From IMG/VR virus record IMGVR_UViG_3300045988_123958: a stretch of 64,000 bases of DNA. The stretch is one strand, 5' to 3'. Numbering within the stretch: the first letter of the stretch is position 1; the number at the start of each line of letters is the position of its first letter. The notes under the pieces are model-generated. The model saw nothing but the letters and a program-made list of their open reading frames with translations, ran no database searches and was not told where the DNA came from. Below, piece by piece: positions 62,191-64,000 of the stretch. A program made the position numbers and the translations under genes. The DNA is from a virus.

Positions 62191-63331
62191 CAGTTATTCT
62201 CATATTTCTATGAGGGCTGGACTATCTTTTACTATAATATATATAAATTATAGCACACCATTTCGAACTACGTATCAATAGTAGTCCTACTTCCGGTCTC
62301 ACCCGGAATAGTCTCTACAATATTTATCTTAATGGATATTTTAAATTTTCGTCTTTATCAATAGCACCTATATTAACTCTACGCACTGTTTCATCAGATG
62401 TTCCAGTTAATTTTACAATATCTTTATATAGGAGATTAGTATTTAATAAATATTCTTTTATTAATTGTCTTTTATATTTTTGTGGAGTTATTTTTCTAAT
62501 AGGATATTCGCCTTTATAATATCCTTTTTGCAATGTTCCATAATTAAATTTTTTAATAGTTGATTCTCCTAAATTATATCGTTGTGCTAGTTCTTTAAAA
62601 GTTAGTTCAGGTTTTATTAAATCTTCAATTAAAGCATCATAAATATCATTAGAAATTCGATATCTACATAAAGGATATATTTCTTTTTTATTATAAAAAT
62701 ATTTTCCAGAATTGATACCTGAAATAAAAGTTTTAGATATGGGATAATATTCTTGTATTTTTGAATAAGATGTTTCATCTTTAATCATTATTTTTATCTT
62801 TTCAACATCTTCTTGTGTTAAAAAAGACTTCCAACTATTATTTCCGCCTTCTAAAACATTATATCCCCATTGAGTTAATAAACTTTGTTCTTTTTTAATC
62901 CAATAACTTTCACGTTCATTTACTAAATCATATGTTTTAGCATCTGTTATAATTTCAATAATTTCAATTTTAAAATTGTCATATCCATATTTACGAATTG
63001 CTTGATGGATTTTATCATTATAATTTACACTATTAGGATTAAAAGAACAACTTTTATGTTCATTAACTCTTCTTTGAAAATTATTAGTCTAACCTATATA
63101 TTTTTTATTATTAATTAAATTCGTATATTTATAAATATAAAATATCATTTTATTTCTCCTTTAAAATATATTAAAGGACCATTAAGACATTTATCACGGG
63201 ATTGGTATATATTAATGATTCCTTCATTAATACTTAACTTTCCCCGTTAGCAAATTAATAAGTTTAGCCCCAAAAAGGGCTATTAATTTACCCCTGTGAT
63301 AACAGGTTAGGTGTGTAAGGGCAAGCTATTT
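62191..63331 (-). mobile_element. group I intron (about 1,141 nt) carrying a GIY-YIG homing endonuclease gene, inserted in dnaE
   Basis: Exon 1 ends with ...UUAGGGU, which pairs with the internal guide GCCCUUA at 63316-22, giving a U.G pair at the 5' splice site. The terminal G at 62191 precedes exon 2 (AUGCAUUU). The splice gives the in-frame sequence ...PQLG-Y-AFSLNHS. Confidence 0.65.
62324..63148 (-). CDS. GIY-YIG homing endonuclease (intron-encoded)
   Basis: ATG after AAAGGAG. MIFYIYKYTNLINNKKYIG[TAG]TNNFQRRVNEHK continues in frame into track ORF 62324..62788. About 274 codons. The TAG falls at the canonical YIGQT position. Confidence 0.75.
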
Positions 63332-64000
63332 ACCCTAATTGAGGAGCAACTGCAATTTCCCAAAAGTATTCAGCAGATTTTTCATTATCAAATTTACTAA
63401 ATACTTGTTCTTTTAATTGTGGAATTTTAGCCATTTGCTTTTTAGCAACAATCTTACGCGCAGTATTAGCTTCACCAAGAGTAAAATGAGCTACATCCAT
63501 AAGAATTTCCATCATTTGCTCTTGAATAGGACAACATCCATAATATTTATCACAATGCTTATGCATCTTATCAATTAATTCTTGCGGAAGATGCTGAGCC
63601 TTCATTTCATCATCAAATACTTTAATACCCGAATGTTGAATGCGATAATATCTATCTTGCTGTGATTCCTTACCTTTTTCAGACATAAGACGCATCATAG
63701 CATTGGCCGCCGTCATTTCCATAGGGTCTTGGGGTTTAAGGCGTTTTGCTATTGCCAAACCGACTCCTGTAGAAAATTGGAATACATCTAATACATCACC
63801 AGCAGCAAGGTGGTCCCAAATTGCTTGATCAGTTGTATCTATTACTTCTGGATGAATATATTTATTATAAAATTCTCGTAAAGATAATTCTGGAACCTAC
63901 TTATCTTTTAGAAGTAATTGATAACAAGTAATAATTTTATCAGAAGCTTCAGTTACAAGGAAGTCATATTTTGTGTCTCCAGCAGCTTCCGCTTTATGAA
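63332..64000 (-). CDS. dnaE: DNA polymerase III alpha subunit (DnaE-type), exon 1, 5' portion outside the window
   Basis: Track ORF 63330..63758 (FTLGEANTARKIVAKKQ finger-like region). The frame continues upstream through a TAG and includes a KYDFL motif. Confidence 0.65.

Noticed and set aside
51480-63329. tRNA genes (especially an amber-suppressor tRNA) or a CRISPR array in the intergenic or intronic regions
   Set aside because: I found no cloverleaf-like GC-rich segment of about 75 nt and no repeat-spacer array. Intergenic regions are AT-rich promoters, terminator hairpins or intron sequence. A suppressor tRNA, if phage-encoded, must lie outside this window.

Overview
This window is an AT-rich (about 30% GC) segment of a tailed phage genome. 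I find no rRNA, tRNA or CRISPR. The main conclusion is that TAG (amber) is read as a sense codon across the whole window, most likely as Gln (genetic code 15). The supplied six-frame ORF track uses the standard code, so it breaks most genes into same-frame pieces separated only by TAG. Joining those pieces gives a coherent map.

Positions 1-50.7 kb on the + strand are the late (packaging and virion) genes. They run in the order Zn-ribbon protein, terminase large subunit, a free-standing PD-(D/E)xK endonuclease, portal, scaffold, head proteins, neck and tail genes, a 2,739-codon tape measure protein, distal tail and baseplate proteins, a cluster of at least four paralogous tail-fiber genes (one a 2,581-codon giant with BspA-type leucine-rich repeats), and a holin. 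Rho-independent terminators punctuate this module.

At 50.7-51.5 kb on the - strand is an orphan LytTR-type response regulator whose phospho-acceptor Asp appears to be replaced by Gly. It faces, across a repeat-bearing AT-rich promoter region, a + strand accessory block at 51.7-54.6 kb. That block encodes a Pro/Gln-rich small protein, a Gly/Asn/Trp-rich membrane protein with a Cys-rich tail, a C1q/BclA-C-terminal-like protein and an HExxH protein. I regard it as the most likely undescribed system in the window.

Positions 54.7-64 kb on the - strand hold early-type (replication and nucleotide-metabolism) genes. These are a membrane protein, a RuvC-like resolvase, dUTPase, the anaerobic ribonucleotide reductase NrdD and its activase NrdG, guanylate kinase, and a DnaE-type Pol III alpha gene. 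The dnaE gene is interrupted by a roughly 1.14 kb group I intron that carries a GIY-YIG homing endonuclease gene. The predicted splice restores the conserved G-Y-A-F-x-x-x-H-S motif.

Coordinates that come from the ORF track are exact. Coordinates that I derived by hand-reading through TAG codons may be off by a few nucleotides.
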